Notes under the pieces: generated by a model
The model's input: the letters and a program-made list of their open reading frames with translations, nothing else
Told to the model about the DNA's origin: nothing
Database searches by the model: none
Part shown: piece by piece, positions 49,684-60,009 of the stretch
Position numbering within the stretch: position 1 is the stretch's first letter
Layout: each line of letters opens with the position of its first letter
Made by a program: the position numbers and the translations under genes
Assembly: GCA_963838865.1 (NCBI GenBank)
Contig: CAWISN010000002.1
Coordinates: 251,979 to 315,978 of the forward strand
DNA from: an uncultured Solirubrobacterales bacterium
Lineage (GTDB): Bacteria; Actinomycetota; Thermoleophilia; Solirubrobacterales; Solirubrobacteraceae
Length of the DNA stretch: 64,000 nt
Direction of reading: 5' to 3'

Positions 49684-49797
49684 ACCATGGCCTCACAAAG
49701 CGCGCAGATCGCCCAGCGTTTCGTGAGACGAAGGTGGCATTACAGCCATAGGGCGACACAGCGATCCGGAAGCTCGCGCGGTTTGTGAAACCGTGGT
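49684..49797 (+). repeat. palindromic repeat family, copy C
   Basis: 21-nt arms with 17/21 complementarity; 72-nt spacer containing GCGACACA. Confidence 0.65.
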
Positions 49798-49881
49798 GGT
49801 GCTCGGCGAGGGCAGGGTCAGGCGCAGGGTGGGTTCGCGCACGCACGCGTCGAGGGCGCGGGCAGAGCGCCCCGACAACCC

Positions 49882-50208
49882 TCAACCCTCCACGCCGTGG
49901 CGCAGGCACAGGGCGGCCAGCGCCTCCATGGCGGCGTCGGGTTGGCGCGGCAGGGCCTCGAGCGCGACCGCCGCTCGTTGGACGGCATCCAGGGTGGCAT
50001 CCCGGGCCTCCAGGGCAAATCGCCCGAGCCAGCGAACCGCCGCCTGCTCGAACCGCTCTGGGTCCTGATCGCGGAGCAGCAGGCACACCTCCAGTGCGTC
50101 TGGCAGGGCGACGCGTGGCAGCTCAGCCGCGGCCGTCCGTACGAGCAGCAGGTTCCCGGTGGCCAGGGCTCGGCGGAAGCGGGAGTAGGCGCTGCCATCG
50201 GAGGTCAT
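49882..50208 (-). CDS. small helical hypothetical protein, SOS-box associated
   Basis: 108-aa ORF with typical codon usage; LexA box abuts the ATG. Confidence 0.7.
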   Translation of the reverse strand: MTSDGSAYSRFRRALATGNLLLVRTAAAELPRVALPDALEVCLLLRDQDPERFEQAAVRWLGRFALEARDATLDAVQRAAVALEALPRQPDAAMEALAALCLRHGVEG

Positions 50209-50222
50209 CGAACATATGTTCG
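50209..50222. promoter_or_regulatory. LexA SOS box
   Basis: CGAACATATGTTCG, perfect match to Gram-positive CGAAC-N4-GTTCG. Confidence 0.85.
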
Positions 50223-50315
50223 CCTACTCGTCAAGTCCGCGCTCACGGCCCGGGCCAGCCCTACACTGCGCTCCCTGTTCTGCCCCGCTCCTCTGGAGCG
50301 CGACCGCCCTGGCAC

Positions 50316-50783
50316 GTGAGTTTCATCCGGCGTATCGAGAGTGACCTATACCGGCGGGTCCGCCATCCGGAGTCGGCCCGCGTGACAGAGGGTGGTCCAG
50401 AGGACTGGAGCACGGCCAACTTGCGCGGTAACAAGTACTGCCTGCTCACGAGCTACCGCAGGACGGGCGTGGCAGTGAACACGCCGGTGTGGTTTGGGAC
50501 GGACGGGGACAGGATCTTCATCCGGAGCGGCCCGGAGGACGGAAAGATCAAGCGCATTCGCCGCAACCAAGATGTCCTGATCACGGCCTGCAGCGCCCGA
50601 GGCCGCCCGGTGGGCCGGCCCATGAAGGCATCCGCCCGAGTTCTCGACCCGCCCGAGCATGCACATGCCGAGTCGGTCCTTCGCTCCAGCTATGGCCTGG
50701 GGCGAAGGGTCTACCGCTTTTTCGGCCGCCGGACCGCTGCCGCGTACCTCGAGGTTTCTGGCTCCCCGGACCGGCCGGCCTAG
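50316..50783 (+). CDS. PPOX-class (F420-binding type) oxidoreductase
   Basis: YCLLTSYRRTG.AV.TPVW..GKIKRIRRN..C..RG. Confidence 0.85.
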   Translation: MSFIRRIESDLYRRVRHPESARVTEGGPEDWSTANLRGNKYCLLTSYRRTGVAVNTPVWFGTDGDRIFIRSGPEDGKIKRIRRNQDVLITACSARGRPVGRPMKASARVLDPPEHAHAESVLRSSYGLGRRVYRFFGRRTAAAYLEVSGSPDRPA

Positions 50784-50796
50784 AGGACCCAACGGC

Positions 50797-51972
50797 GTGA
50801 GCCCGGAGCGTTCGGTCGGTGCCGGCAACGTCTGCCAGCCCTCGCTTCTGACCGTCGCCCGGGAGTGGACGCGCATCGGGATCACCGGTTTCGGGGGGCC
50901 GCCGGCCCATATCGCGCTTCTCCGGCAACTGATGGTGGAGCGCTACGGATGGATGGGGGTCCGCGACTTCGAGGATGCCAATGCGGCCAGCGGGCTCCTG
51001 CCCGGCCCGGCCTCGACCCAGATGGCCATCTACTGTGCCTACCGGGTCGGCGGTCCTGTGGGTGCGGTGGTGGGCGGGCTCGGGTTCATCGCCCCGGCCG
51101 TCATCCTGATCATCGCCCTCTCGGTCCTGTTCCTGGCCCACATGCCTCCAATCTGGGTACGCGGAGCCGGAGCCGGAGCCGGGGCGGCGGTGGCTGCGGT
51201 GGCGGTCCAGGCCGCTCGGGGTTTTGTCGGTCCCAGCCTGGCCCGGGCGCGGGTGCGCCGTGATCGCCTCCTGCGCTGGCTGGCCTACCTACTGGCCGGA
51301 GTCGCCGGAGCCGCAGCGCTGGGCCCATATCTCGTTGTAGTGCTACTGGGCGCCGGGCTCGTGGAACAGGCGACTCAGCACCAGATGGGTCCCCTGACGG
51401 GGACTCCGGCGTTCCTCGTTCCGGCGGCCGTCTCGGTGGGGGGTGTCGGCTCGCTTCTGTGGGTGGCTTTCAAGGTCGGCGCGCTGTCGTTCGGAGGGGG
51501 CTTCGTGATCATCCCTCTGATGCAGGGCGACGCGGTGCACGTGTATCACTGGATGACCAACCAGCAGTTCCTCAATGCGGTGGCTCTGGGGCAGGTCACC
51601 CCCGGCCCGGTGGTATCCACGGTCTCGGCCGTGGGGTATGCAGCACACGGCTTCGTCGGTGCAGTGCTGGCCGCGCTGGTCGCGTTTGTGCCCTCCTTCG
51701 CGTTTGTCCTGGCCGGCGGACCGAGGTTCGAGCGGATCCGCGACAGCCGGGCGGCTCGGGCTTTTCTGGACGGCGCCGGGCCGGCGGCCATCGGGGCGAT
51801 CCTGGGGGCGGCATTCACGCTGGCCAGCGCCCTGACCGAGGCGTGGCAGTTCGGAGTGCTGGCGGTGGCACTGGTCGCCCTGCTCGTGCTCCGCCGCGGC
51901 GTCGTATTCGTGCTGATCGCCGCCGGCCTGGCCGGAGTCGTGGTCGCTCTGGCCGGCGCGCCGCTGCCTTAG
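50797..51972 (+). CDS. chrA: chromate efflux transporter
   Basis: GFGGPPAHI, LPGPAS, SFGGG, QVTPGP. Confidence 0.9.
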   Translation: MSPERSVGAGNVCQPSLLTVAREWTRIGITGFGGPPAHIALLRQLMVERYGWMGVRDFEDANAASGLLPGPASTQMAIYCAYRVGGPVGAVVGGLGFIAPAVILIIALSVLFLAHMPPIWVRGAGAGAGAAVAAVAVQAARGFVGPSLARARVRRDRLLRWLAYLLAGVAGAAALGPYLVVVLLGAGLVEQATQHQMGPLTGTPAFLVPAAVSVGGVGSLLWVAFKVGALSFGGGFVIIPLMQGDAVHVYHWMTNQQFLNAVALGQVTPGPVVSTVSAVGYAAHGFVGAVLAALVAFVPSFAFVLAGGPRFERIRDSRAARAFLDGAGPAAIGAILGAAFTLASALTEAWQFGVLAVALVALLVLRRGVVFVLIAAGLAGVVVALAGAPLP

Positions 51973-54173
51973 GACGGGACCCGCTCGCGTGTGGCTGGCT
52001 CAGGCGGTTCGAGCCGCTCGAGCTGATCGACGCGGGTGGCGCCGGTGCCCTCGATGTTGAAGTGGGGAAGCCGGGCGTCCAGCCAGCCTGGAAGCTGCCA
52101 GGTGCGTCTGCCCAGGATCTCCAGGACCGCCGGCAGCATCACGCAGCGGATCACGATGGCATCCAGGAAGACCGCGGCGGCCAGCCCGAACCCGAACTCC
52201 TTGAGCGTCCGCTGATTGCTGATCATGAACGACAGGAAGACGCAGATCATGATCGCCGCGGCTGCGCTGATGACACGTCCGGTCAGGGCGATGCCCTCGG
52301 TGACCGCGGCCTTGGCATCGCGCCTACGAACCCACTCCTCCCGTACCCGGGAAATGAGGAACACCTCGTAATCCATCGACAGGCCGAACACGACGGCGAA
52401 GATGATGACCGGGATCCAGGGCTCCACGGGACCGGTCCCCACGCCGAGCAGGCCGGCCAGGAACCCCTTCTGAAAGACCAGAACCGTCGCTCCGAGCGCG
52501 CCGCCGATGCTCAGCAGATTCATCACGGCGGCCTGCAGCGGAATGAGTAAGGAGCGGAAGATGACCAGCAACAGCAACGCCGACAGGACGACGACGATGG
52601 ATATGAAGAGCGGCAGCTTTCCGGAGAGGACGTTGGCGAAATCGACGGAGCCGGCGGTGAATCCGCCGACCAGCACCCTCACACCGGTGCGCTGCTCGAT
52701 CGGAGGCAGGATGTTCGAGCGCAGGCGGCTGACCAGGTCCGTGGTGGCCGAGGATTGAGGCGCCGAACGCGGATAGACCTCCACCACCGCTATCCGCCCG
52801 GAGGGGCTGATCCGGGTGGCGGTCACCGCCGCAACATCGGGGCTGCCGGTCACCGCCTGACGAACCTGGGCAAGCGCCGATCCGCCGGAGAGGCCGTGCA
52901 GCTCCGCCACGAGCAGGAGCGGGCCGTTGAAACCGGGGCCGAAGCCGCGGGCCAGCATGTCGTAGGCCTGCCGGGTGCTCTGGCTGGGGGAGTCGTTCCC
53001 GGCGTCGCTGTTGGCCAGCCGGAGGCCGAACACCGGGAAGGCCACGGCCAGCATGACGACGAGGGTGGTCAGGGCCAGGGGCCAGGGGCGCGACTGGACG
53101 ATTTGACTCCAGCGCCGCCACATCGAGCGCCCCGGTCGCGCAGGGGAGGTGGACCGGCGGCGCAGGCGACCGGGCCGGACCAGGCGCTCACCGAACCGGG
53201 AGAGCAGGGCGGGCAGCAGCGTCAGGGAGCCCAGCATGGTGAGCAGCACGGCGATGACCGAGGCCACCGATAACCCGTACATGAAGCTCACGCCCGTGAC
53301 GAACATGCCGAGCAGCGCGATCACCACGGTGGTGCCGGCGAGCAGGATGGCGCGGCCCGAGGTGTCCATGGCCTCCACGATGGCGGCGGTCACATCGTGC
53401 TGGCGAGCGTGGCTCTCGCGAAAGCGGGTGACAATGAACAGGGCGTAGTCGATCCCCACACCCAGCCCGATCATGAGCGCGAGGTCGGTCGAGACGTTGG
53501 GCATGTGCACCACATGCGTCGCCAACCCGATGACGGCCACCCCGGTGACCAGGCCGAAGGCCGCGGTGATGAGCGGCATGCCCGCGGCCAGCAGGGACCC
53601 GAAGGTGAGAAGGAGGATGACCAGAGCGGCCAGCACGCCCACCGCCGTGGCCGGGCCGATGCTGAAGCCCTCGGCCTGCTCGATCACGGCGCCGCCCGCG
53701 GCGATCTGCAGTCCAGGGACGTGAATCGCCGCGATGGCGCTCAGCACCGGCTTGCCGGTGGAATTGGGCAGCTTGTTGGGGGGCTGGTCGAAGTAGATCT
53801 GAGCGAAGCCAGTCCGTCCGTCAGCGGACACCTGAACCGAGCCGCGCGGACCGTAGGGCGAGACGACCGCCACCACGTGCGGCATTCCCGCCACGCGTCC
53901 CAGGAGGGGCCCGATGACGCCTCGCACGTGACCGGAGAAGACCGTGCCGCTGGAGGCGTGGAAGACGATCGTGTCGATGTCGCCGCTCTGAGCCTTGAAC
54001 TCGCGGGTGAGAAGGTCCCGAGCGTGCTGCGATTCCGTACCCGGGAGGCTGAAGCTGGTCGAGTAGTTGCGCCCGGCGGCCTGAGCCAGCAGGCTGAACG
54101 CGACCGCGAGGGCGATCCAGCCGACGACGACTCGGCGGCGGTGGCCGATGCACCACCGAGCAAGCTGCAACAT
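51969..54173 (-). CDS. MMPL family transporter
   Basis: GVGIDYALF, GFGPGFNGP, FGLSMDYEVF. Confidence 0.93.
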   Translation of the reverse strand: MLQLARWCIGHRRRVVVGWIALAVAFSLLAQAAGRNYSTSFSLPGTESQHARDLLTREFKAQSGDIDTIVFHASSGTVFSGHVRGVIGPLLGRVAGMPHVVAVVSPYGPRGSVQVSADGRTGFAQIYFDQPPNKLPNSTGKPVLSAIAAIHVPGLQIAAGGAVIEQAEGFSIGPATAVGVLAALVILLLTFGSLLAAGMPLITAAFGLVTGVAVIGLATHVVHMPNVSTDLALMIGLGVGIDYALFIVTRFRESHARQHDVTAAIVEAMDTSGRAILLAGTTVVIALLGMFVTGVSFMYGLSVASVIAVLLTMLGSLTLLPALLSRFGERLVRPGRLRRRSTSPARPGRSMWRRWSQIVQSRPWPLALTTLVVMLAVAFPVFGLRLANSDAGNDSPSQSTRQAYDMLARGFGPGFNGPLLLVAELHGLSGGSALAQVRQAVTGSPDVAAVTATRISPSGRIAVVEVYPRSAPQSSATTDLVSRLRSNILPPIEQRTGVRVLVGGFTAGSVDFANVLSGKLPLFISIVVVLSALLLLVIFRSLLIPLQAAVMNLLSIGGALGATVLVFQKGFLAGLLGVGTGPVEPWIPVIIFAVVFGLSMDYEVFLISRVREEWVRRRDAKAAVTEGIALTGRVISAAAAIMICVFLSFMISNQRTLKEFGFGLAAAVFLDAIVIRCVMLPAVLEILGRRTWQLPGWLDARLPHFNIEGTGATRVDQLERLEPPEPATRERVPS

Positions 54174-54275
54174 GCCGAAGCTCTCCTTTGTCTTCGCCTA
54201 CAGACCGCCGCACGCCCGCCGATCCTTCCCGGAATGTAGCGTGCGCGCTTCACTGGTCCTACACCCGCCGTGACG

Positions 54276-55196
54276 CTAGGGCCTCAGTTCGCCGACAAGC
54301 TGGGCCGCCGGGAGCACATCGTCGATGTGACGCACGGCTTGTCCGGCATACAGGGGACCCGACTGGACCAATGTGGCCGGGCCATCGTCGGTGGGAGGTT
54401 GGGGGCTGAGGAGGGGGAACCACGCGCGCTGGCCGGCCAGGGCCCGGGCCTGGCCGGAGGAGGGCATGCGCCGGACCAGGCCCTGAGTGGCCTGGTTGGT
54501 CGCCCTGATCCAGGCGGGAGGGAGTGACCCGGACCGAAGCCACCGGGCCGTGGCTTCGTTGGGTATGACCCGGTGCGGGGCGTGGGACCAGCCGAGACCG
54601 AACAGCTCGGTCAGGATCGTCCGGTCAGCGGACAGGCAGCGGCGCTTGTAGTCGGGGTGGGCTCGGCTCTCCTGGCTGAGGAGGAAGCGTGTGCCCACCA
54701 CTGCCGCGCTGGCCCCGGCCTCGAGCACCTGGCGGACGCCGCCCCGGTCGACGATGCCGCCTGCGGCCAGCACGGGGATCCGGACGGCCCACCGAACTCG
54801 TTCGAGCAACTCGAGCATTGGAACCTCCCCGCGCACGTGGCCTCCCGCCTCAACCCCCTGGGCGATGACGCCATCCGCTCCCGCTGCTTCGGCTGCGCAG
54901 GCCTCCTCCACCGTGCCGCACTGGTGAACCCAGAGGCCGCCGGCGAGTCGCCGGGGGATGCCCCAGAAGGTGACGACCAGGTCGGCCTCGGCCGCCACCT
55001 CGGCGTCGCCGCGACGGAGGAACGGAAGCAGCAGGTTGACGGCGATGGGGCGATCGGTCAGGCGGCGAGCCGCGGCCAGCTCGGCGGCGATGGGCGCCCG
55101 CGCTCCGGCGATCGTCCCCACGCCGCCGGCCTCTGACACCGCCGCGGCCAACTCGTGGCGAGCCACGCCGCCCATGCCCGCCTGGACGATCGGCAC
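54276..55196 (-). CDS. nitronate monooxygenase family flavoprotein
   Basis: PIVQAGMG, QGVEAGGH, AAGGI, GTRF; true start may be slightly upstream. Confidence 0.85.
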   Translation of the reverse strand: MPIVQAGMGGVARHELAAAVSEAGGVGTIAGARAPIAAELAAARRLTDRPIAVNLLLPFLRRGDAEVAAEADLVVTFWGIPRRLAGGLWVHQCGTVEEACAAEAAGADGVIAQGVEAGGHVRGEVPMLELLERVRWAVRIPVLAAGGIVDRGGVRQVLEAGASAAVVGTRFLLSQESRAHPDYKRRCLSADRTILTELFGLGWSHAPHRVIPNEATARWLRSGSLPPAWIRATNQATQGLVRRMPSSGQARALAGQRAWFPLLSPQPPTDDGPATLVQSGPLYAGQAVRHIDDVLPAAQLVGELRP

Positions 55197-55298
55197 CTCC
55201 AGCCGGTTGAGGTCAAGCGCTGCGCGCAGGGGCTGACCCTAGCGGGAACGGGCCGGGCGAAGCCGCGGCCCCTGAGCAGTTGGTACCGAGGCCGATCC

Positions 55299-57039
55299 TC
55301 AGGGCTCGCGCGAGTTCTCGGGACCCAGGACCTTTGAAAGCGTCGCCGCCTGGAGCGATCCGATCCCGGTGCAGTAGTCGTATCCGGGCTTGGCCACGCA
55401 TCCGCCGTTGGTCCCCAGCACGATGTCGCGGAAGCCCTTGACCGCCTTGGGATTGGCCGCCGGCACGTACACAGGTCCCGTGGGCGCGTTTTTCACCGTG
55501 GCCGGGTTGACTTTGTTGTAGATCTCGTAGAACTCATATGAGGCCAGGCCGGTGCGGTTGTGGTGAGCGCTCAGGATGCTTGCCCAGAGCCCCATGGTGA
55601 GCGGGCTGGCCACGCTGGTGCCGCCGACGCCGGTTGGCTGGGTGCCCTTGGTGTGGGCGGCGTAGACCAGGTAGGGAGTGTTGGAGTCGGCCAGCGCCGC
55701 CACGTCGGGCACGCCGCGGCCTCCCTGGTTGGTGTACACCCAGGTCTGGCCGGTTCCATTGGCCTGAAGCGTCCACGGTGCAGCGGTTTCCCAGGGGGAG
55801 ACGCCGCCGCCGCCACCGACCCAGGCGATCTCCTTCTGGACGTGACCCTTGCTGTCGGCCAGGAGCGTGGTGCCGCCAACAGCCGCTGTGTACTCGCCGT
55901 CGGACGGCCAGCTCACGCCCGGAGGTCCTTCCGGCACGCCGGTGGACGCCACCTCGGGACAGGCGTAGCCGTTATCACCCGTGGAGGCGAACGAGCTCTG
56001 GCCCTGAAGCGCTCCCTCGGCCAAGGCCTCGTCGGTGGTGAGCATCGCCCCGTCCAGGAACGCGATGTAATCGCACTCACCGAGCGATGCCGAAAGCGCC
56101 CTGGCCTTGTCCTGGGTAACGAACATGTTGAAGGCCCGGGCCACCTCGGGATCGGTGAACGTACCTACGTCGTAGATCAGGAGCCGCTTGACGGCCTTGG
56201 GAACCATGGTGGAGATCTGGGTGTCCAGGTCCCACTCAAGGTTGCCGGTGAGGGGGTTGTGGTTGGTGATGCCCTCCTTGGGCCCGTCGTAGATCACCTG
56301 CACCGGGACCTGTCGAGAAATGCCACTGCTGCTCGGCAAACCGGAGGTTGGCGATGATGCCGTTCATGGCACCGCTGGCTACGATCGCGGTGGTGGTCCG
56401 AGTGGCCGGCTTCATCGAGGCGTCGTTGTACGCAGTGGCCACCGCGCGCGGGTTGAATCCGGTCAGATCCGGCGAAGATGAGGCCTTCAGCGAGGGCAGA
56501 CGGATCGGGATATCCGACAGGCCGAGGACCGCCGCAACGTCGCCCCGCAGTCGCGCCGGGACCATCGCTGCCTTCGTGTTGGCGTAGACAAGGTGGCCTG
56601 CGAGTCGGTAGGAAGAAATCTTGGTGTCAAAGGCTCGCTCCGCCTGTCGGACTGTGGCCTGTCCGGTTATGAGCAGCCGGTCCCCGGCCACCGAGAGGTG
56701 GCGAAAACCGCGCTGGTGTAGGTAGCGCTCGACCGCGCTCACCGTTCCGGCCGCGGGACTGAAGCGGGCTCTGACCTGGGCCGGGGTGAGGATCGTCCGG
56801 GAGGCAATGAGCCGGTTGATCGCCGAGGCGTCACGCAGCGGCAGGACCGCGCTGATCTGGAGGCGCTGGGCCGCGGGCGCCCGCCCGAGAAGCTGGCCTG
56901 CCAAGCGCAGCGCGTGCGTATGCGTCGCCACCCATGGGCTGTTGGTTGCCCCTGCTATCGGAGACAGAGCGAAGGCCGCGACCGCGGCGACGAGTACGGC
57001 CATCATGCGCGGCCACCGGGCAGTGAGAGCTGGTTTCAC
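55299..57039 (-). CDS. secreted S53 (sedolisin/kumamolisin) peptidase with prodomain (apparent frameshift near 56315)
   Basis: EWDLD, STGDNG, RGVPDV, GGTSVASP, GYDYCTGIGS; RBS GGAGG. Confidence 0.88.
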
Positions 57040-57145
57040 CTTTGAATACCTCCGGGCGCCCCGTCCTGCAAGTGCCAGGCGGGAGTCGAATTCATGTCCC
57101 GCGCACATAACGGCTCCCGGCCGGAGAACTTGCGGTAGCCGCTCG

Positions 57146-57810
57146 TTACACGACGCGGTTGCGCAAGACGCCGATGCCTTCGATCTCGAGCTCGACCACG
57201 TCACCTGGGCTGAGCCAGCGCTCATCCCCGTGCTCCAGGATGCAGCCGCTGCCCACCGTGCCTGAGCCGATCACATCGCCCGCCTTGAGGCCGCGGGTAT
57301 TGCGGGCCGCGGCTGCGAGCAGGTCATCCCACGAGAAGTGCATGCCTCCCGTGCGCGAGTCGGTCCGGATCTCTCGGTTTACCCGTGCCACGGCCCTCAT
57401 GTCAAGGTCGCCGGGCAGCTCGTCGGGGGAGACCAGCTCGGGTCCGAGCGAGATGGCGAAGTCCTTGCCCTTGGCCGGTCCCAGGCCAACCTGCATCTCC
57501 TTCATCTGGAGGTCGCGAGCCGACCAGTCGTTCATGATCGTGAATCCCTCCGGCCTGCCGTCCGGGCCGATGACACAGGCCAGCTCGAGCTCGTAGTCCA
57601 GGTTGGCGGTGTCGGCGGGCTTGGGGATCTCCTCCTCATGCCCGTAGACGGCAGCCGGGTTGGAGAAGTAGAAGACGGGGATCTCGTACCAGGCGGGGGG
57701 ACCTCCAGACCGCGGTTGCCCCGCGCGTTGCTGATGTGCTCCTCGAAGGCCATGAAGTCCCGGATCGAAGGTGGCTGTCCGTCGGGATAGGGGCGTCTCA
57801 CGGCGTCCAC
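57146..57810 (-). CDS. fumarylacetoacetate hydrolase family protein (apparent frameshift)
   Basis: SIRDFMAFEEH, MNDWSARDLQ, GKDF, GSGT. Confidence 0.85.
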
Positions 57811-57832
57811 CGGGCAGGATCCGCGGGCCCGC

Positions 57833-58294
57833 TCACTTCTTGGCGGTCATGGTGAACTTGAAGACCTGGGGCTTGTCCCCCTTGCACGAGGGGATTGTCT
57901 CCTTGAACTTGGTCGCAGCGCTCGCGCCTTGAAAGACGCCGCTGATCGTGTCCCGATAGATCCCGTTCCTCCGCGTTCCGAAGAAGTTGCCGTCGCCGGC
58001 GATCGAGACGCGCGGTGCGTTCTGGGGGGTCAGGTATTCGTTGCCGGAGGGCTGCGTTGGACAGCCGGGGTCCGTGTAGACGAACTGTCCTACGACGTGG
58101 GCATGCTGCCCGTCCTTGGAGATCCGCATCTCAAACCTGTCGCTGGGGGAGAACGTCTTCCTGTAGAGGGCGCCATGGATCGGCCCGCTCTGGCCCGACG
58201 GCTGCACCGCGACCCGGGCCAGCGCCCAGCCACTCCCGAGGACCGTCGAACCAAGAGCCAGAAGCACGACCAGTCGCAGCCTGATCCTCAGCAC
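57833..58294 (-). CDS. secreted hypothetical protein
   Basis: RBS GAGGAGG; signal peptide; two Cys. Confidence 0.6.
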   Translation of the reverse strand: MLRIRLRLVVLLALGSTVLGSGWALARVAVQPSGQSGPIHGALYRKTFSPSDRFEMRISKDGQHAHVVGQFVYTDPGCPTQPSGNEYLTPQNAPRVSIAGDGNFFGTRRNGIYRDTISGVFQGASAATKFKETIPSCKGDKPQVFKFTMTAKK

Positions 58295-58368
58295 CCACCA
58301 CCTCCTCTGAACGAGAGCGTCACTCGGGATGAGCATTCTCACCCGCCGGCCTCGCCCGCGTCAACGCA

Positions 58369-58798
58369 TCAGCGCTGGAACAGGGTGGAGAGGACGACCT
58401 CGGTCACCGTCCGGGTGACCCCGTCCGTGCTGCGGATGCGCTCCAGGACCTGCTCGAGATCCTTGGTGTCCTCCGCCATCACGTGGAGCAGCGCGCTCGC
58501 CTCGCCGGCCACGGTGTGCGCGGCCACCACCCGCGGCTCGTCCACCACCGCCTCCTTGATCGCCTCCGCGGGCATCTTGCCGTCGCAATAGAGGTCGACG
58601 AAGGCCTCAGCGTGCCAACCGAACACCGGCGGGTTGACGATCGCCGTGTACCCAAGGATCACGCCCTCGCGTTCGAGGCGGTCGACCCGGCGCTTGACGG
58701 CGGGAGCGGAAAGGTGCACGTGCCTCCCAATGGTCCTGATAACTCTGCCGGGCATCCTGCCGAAGCAGCGCAACGATTTCCTTGTCAGTTTCGTCCAC
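58369..58798 (-). CDS. Lrp/AsnC family regulator (apparent frameshift)
   Basis: DETDKEIVALLRQDAR; LSAPAVKRRVDRLE..GVI.GY. Confidence 0.88.
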
Positions 58799-58875
58799 GG
58801 GGCGGTTATCCTAGCCTTAGACGCAACGAATCGGCATTGAGATGGCGGCTTGAGCAGCGGATCATTGCACGCACC

Positions 58876-60009
58876 ATGACGACCGAATTACATCCCACCG
58901 AAACCCCCGCCCCGACTCACGATGCGATGCCCATCCATGGCATCGACCATCTGGAGCTGTTCGTGGGCAACGCCTCCCAGGCCGCCTACTACTACACGCA
59001 CGCCTTGGGCTTCACCGAGACGGCCTACCAGGGCCTGGAGACCGGGAGCCGCGACCGGGTCTCCCACGTCCTTGAGCAGGGCCGGATCCGCCTGGTCCTG
59101 ACCGGCACGCTGACCGGCGAGGATGAGGTGGCCGAGCACCAGCGCCGCCACGGTGACGGCGTGCGGACAATTGCGCTGAGCGTGCCCGACGCCGCGGCCG
59201 CCTACGAGCACGCCGTGGCTCACGGGGCCACGGGCCTGCGTGACCCGTACGAGTCAAGCGATGAGCACGGCACGGTCAAGCTCGCCGCGGTGGCCACCTA
59301 CGGTGAGACGCGGCATCTCTTCGTCCAGCGCAACGGGTATTCCGGAGCCTTCCTGCCGGGGTATGAGGCCACCGGCGCCGCGGCTGCGAACGGTCGCGAT
59401 GGATTGCTGGTGGGAATCGACCACGTGGTGGGCAACGTGGAGCTGGGCCACATGGACGAATGGGTGCACTACTACGAGCGCGTCTTCGGGATGACCGAGA
59501 TGATCCATTTCTCCGATGAGGACATCTCGACCGAATACTCAGCGCTCATGTCCAAGGTGGTGACCGACGGGTCGGGGCGGATCAAGTTCCCCATCAACGA
59601 GCCGGCCCAGGGCAAGCGCAAATCGCAGATCGAGGAGTTCCTCGACTTCTACCACGGCCCCGGCGTGCAGCACATAGCGGTCTCCACAACGAACATCGTC
59701 GCCACGGTGTCCGAGCTGATGTCGCGGGGCGTGAAGTTCCTGGCCATCCCCGAGACCTACTACGCCGAGGTCCCCGAGCGCGTGGGGGAGATCGACGAGG
59801 ATCTGGCCGACCTGCGTCGCCTGGGCATCCTGGTCGACCGCGATGACGAGGGATACCTGCTCCAGATCTTCTCCAAGCCCGTGGGCGACCGGCCGACGAT
59901 GTTCTTCGAGGTGATCGAGCGCCATGGGGCCCGCGGCTTCGGAGACGGCAATTTCAAGGCGCTGTTCGAGGCCCTGGAGCGTGAGCAGGAGCGCCGGGGG
60001 AACCTGTAA
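58876..60009 (+). CDS. hppD: 4-hydroxyphenylpyruvate dioxygenase
   Basis: IDHVVGNV, SQIEEFL, GVQHIA, LLQIF, GFGDGNFKALFE. Confidence 0.95.
   Translation: MTTELHPTETPAPTHDAMPIHGIDHLELFVGNASQAAYYYTHALGFTETAYQGLETGSRDRVSHVLEQGRIRLVLTGTLTGEDEVAEHQRRHGDGVRTIALSVPDAAAAYEHAVAHGATGLRDPYESSDEHGTVKLAAVATYGETRHLFVQRNGYSGAFLPGYEATGAAAANGRDGLLVGIDHVVGNVELGHMDEWVHYYERVFGMTEMIHFSDEDISTEYSALMSKVVTDGSGRIKFPINEPAQGKRKSQIEEFLDFYHGPGVQHIAVSTTNIVATVSELMSRGVKFLAIPETYYAEVPERVGEIDEDLADLRRLGILVDRDDEGYLLQIFSKPVGDRPTMFFEVIERHGARGFGDGNFKALFEALEREQERRGNL

Noticed and set aside
51162-51182. GGAGCC tandem repeat
   Set aside because: Simply encodes GAGAGAG within a ChrA helix.
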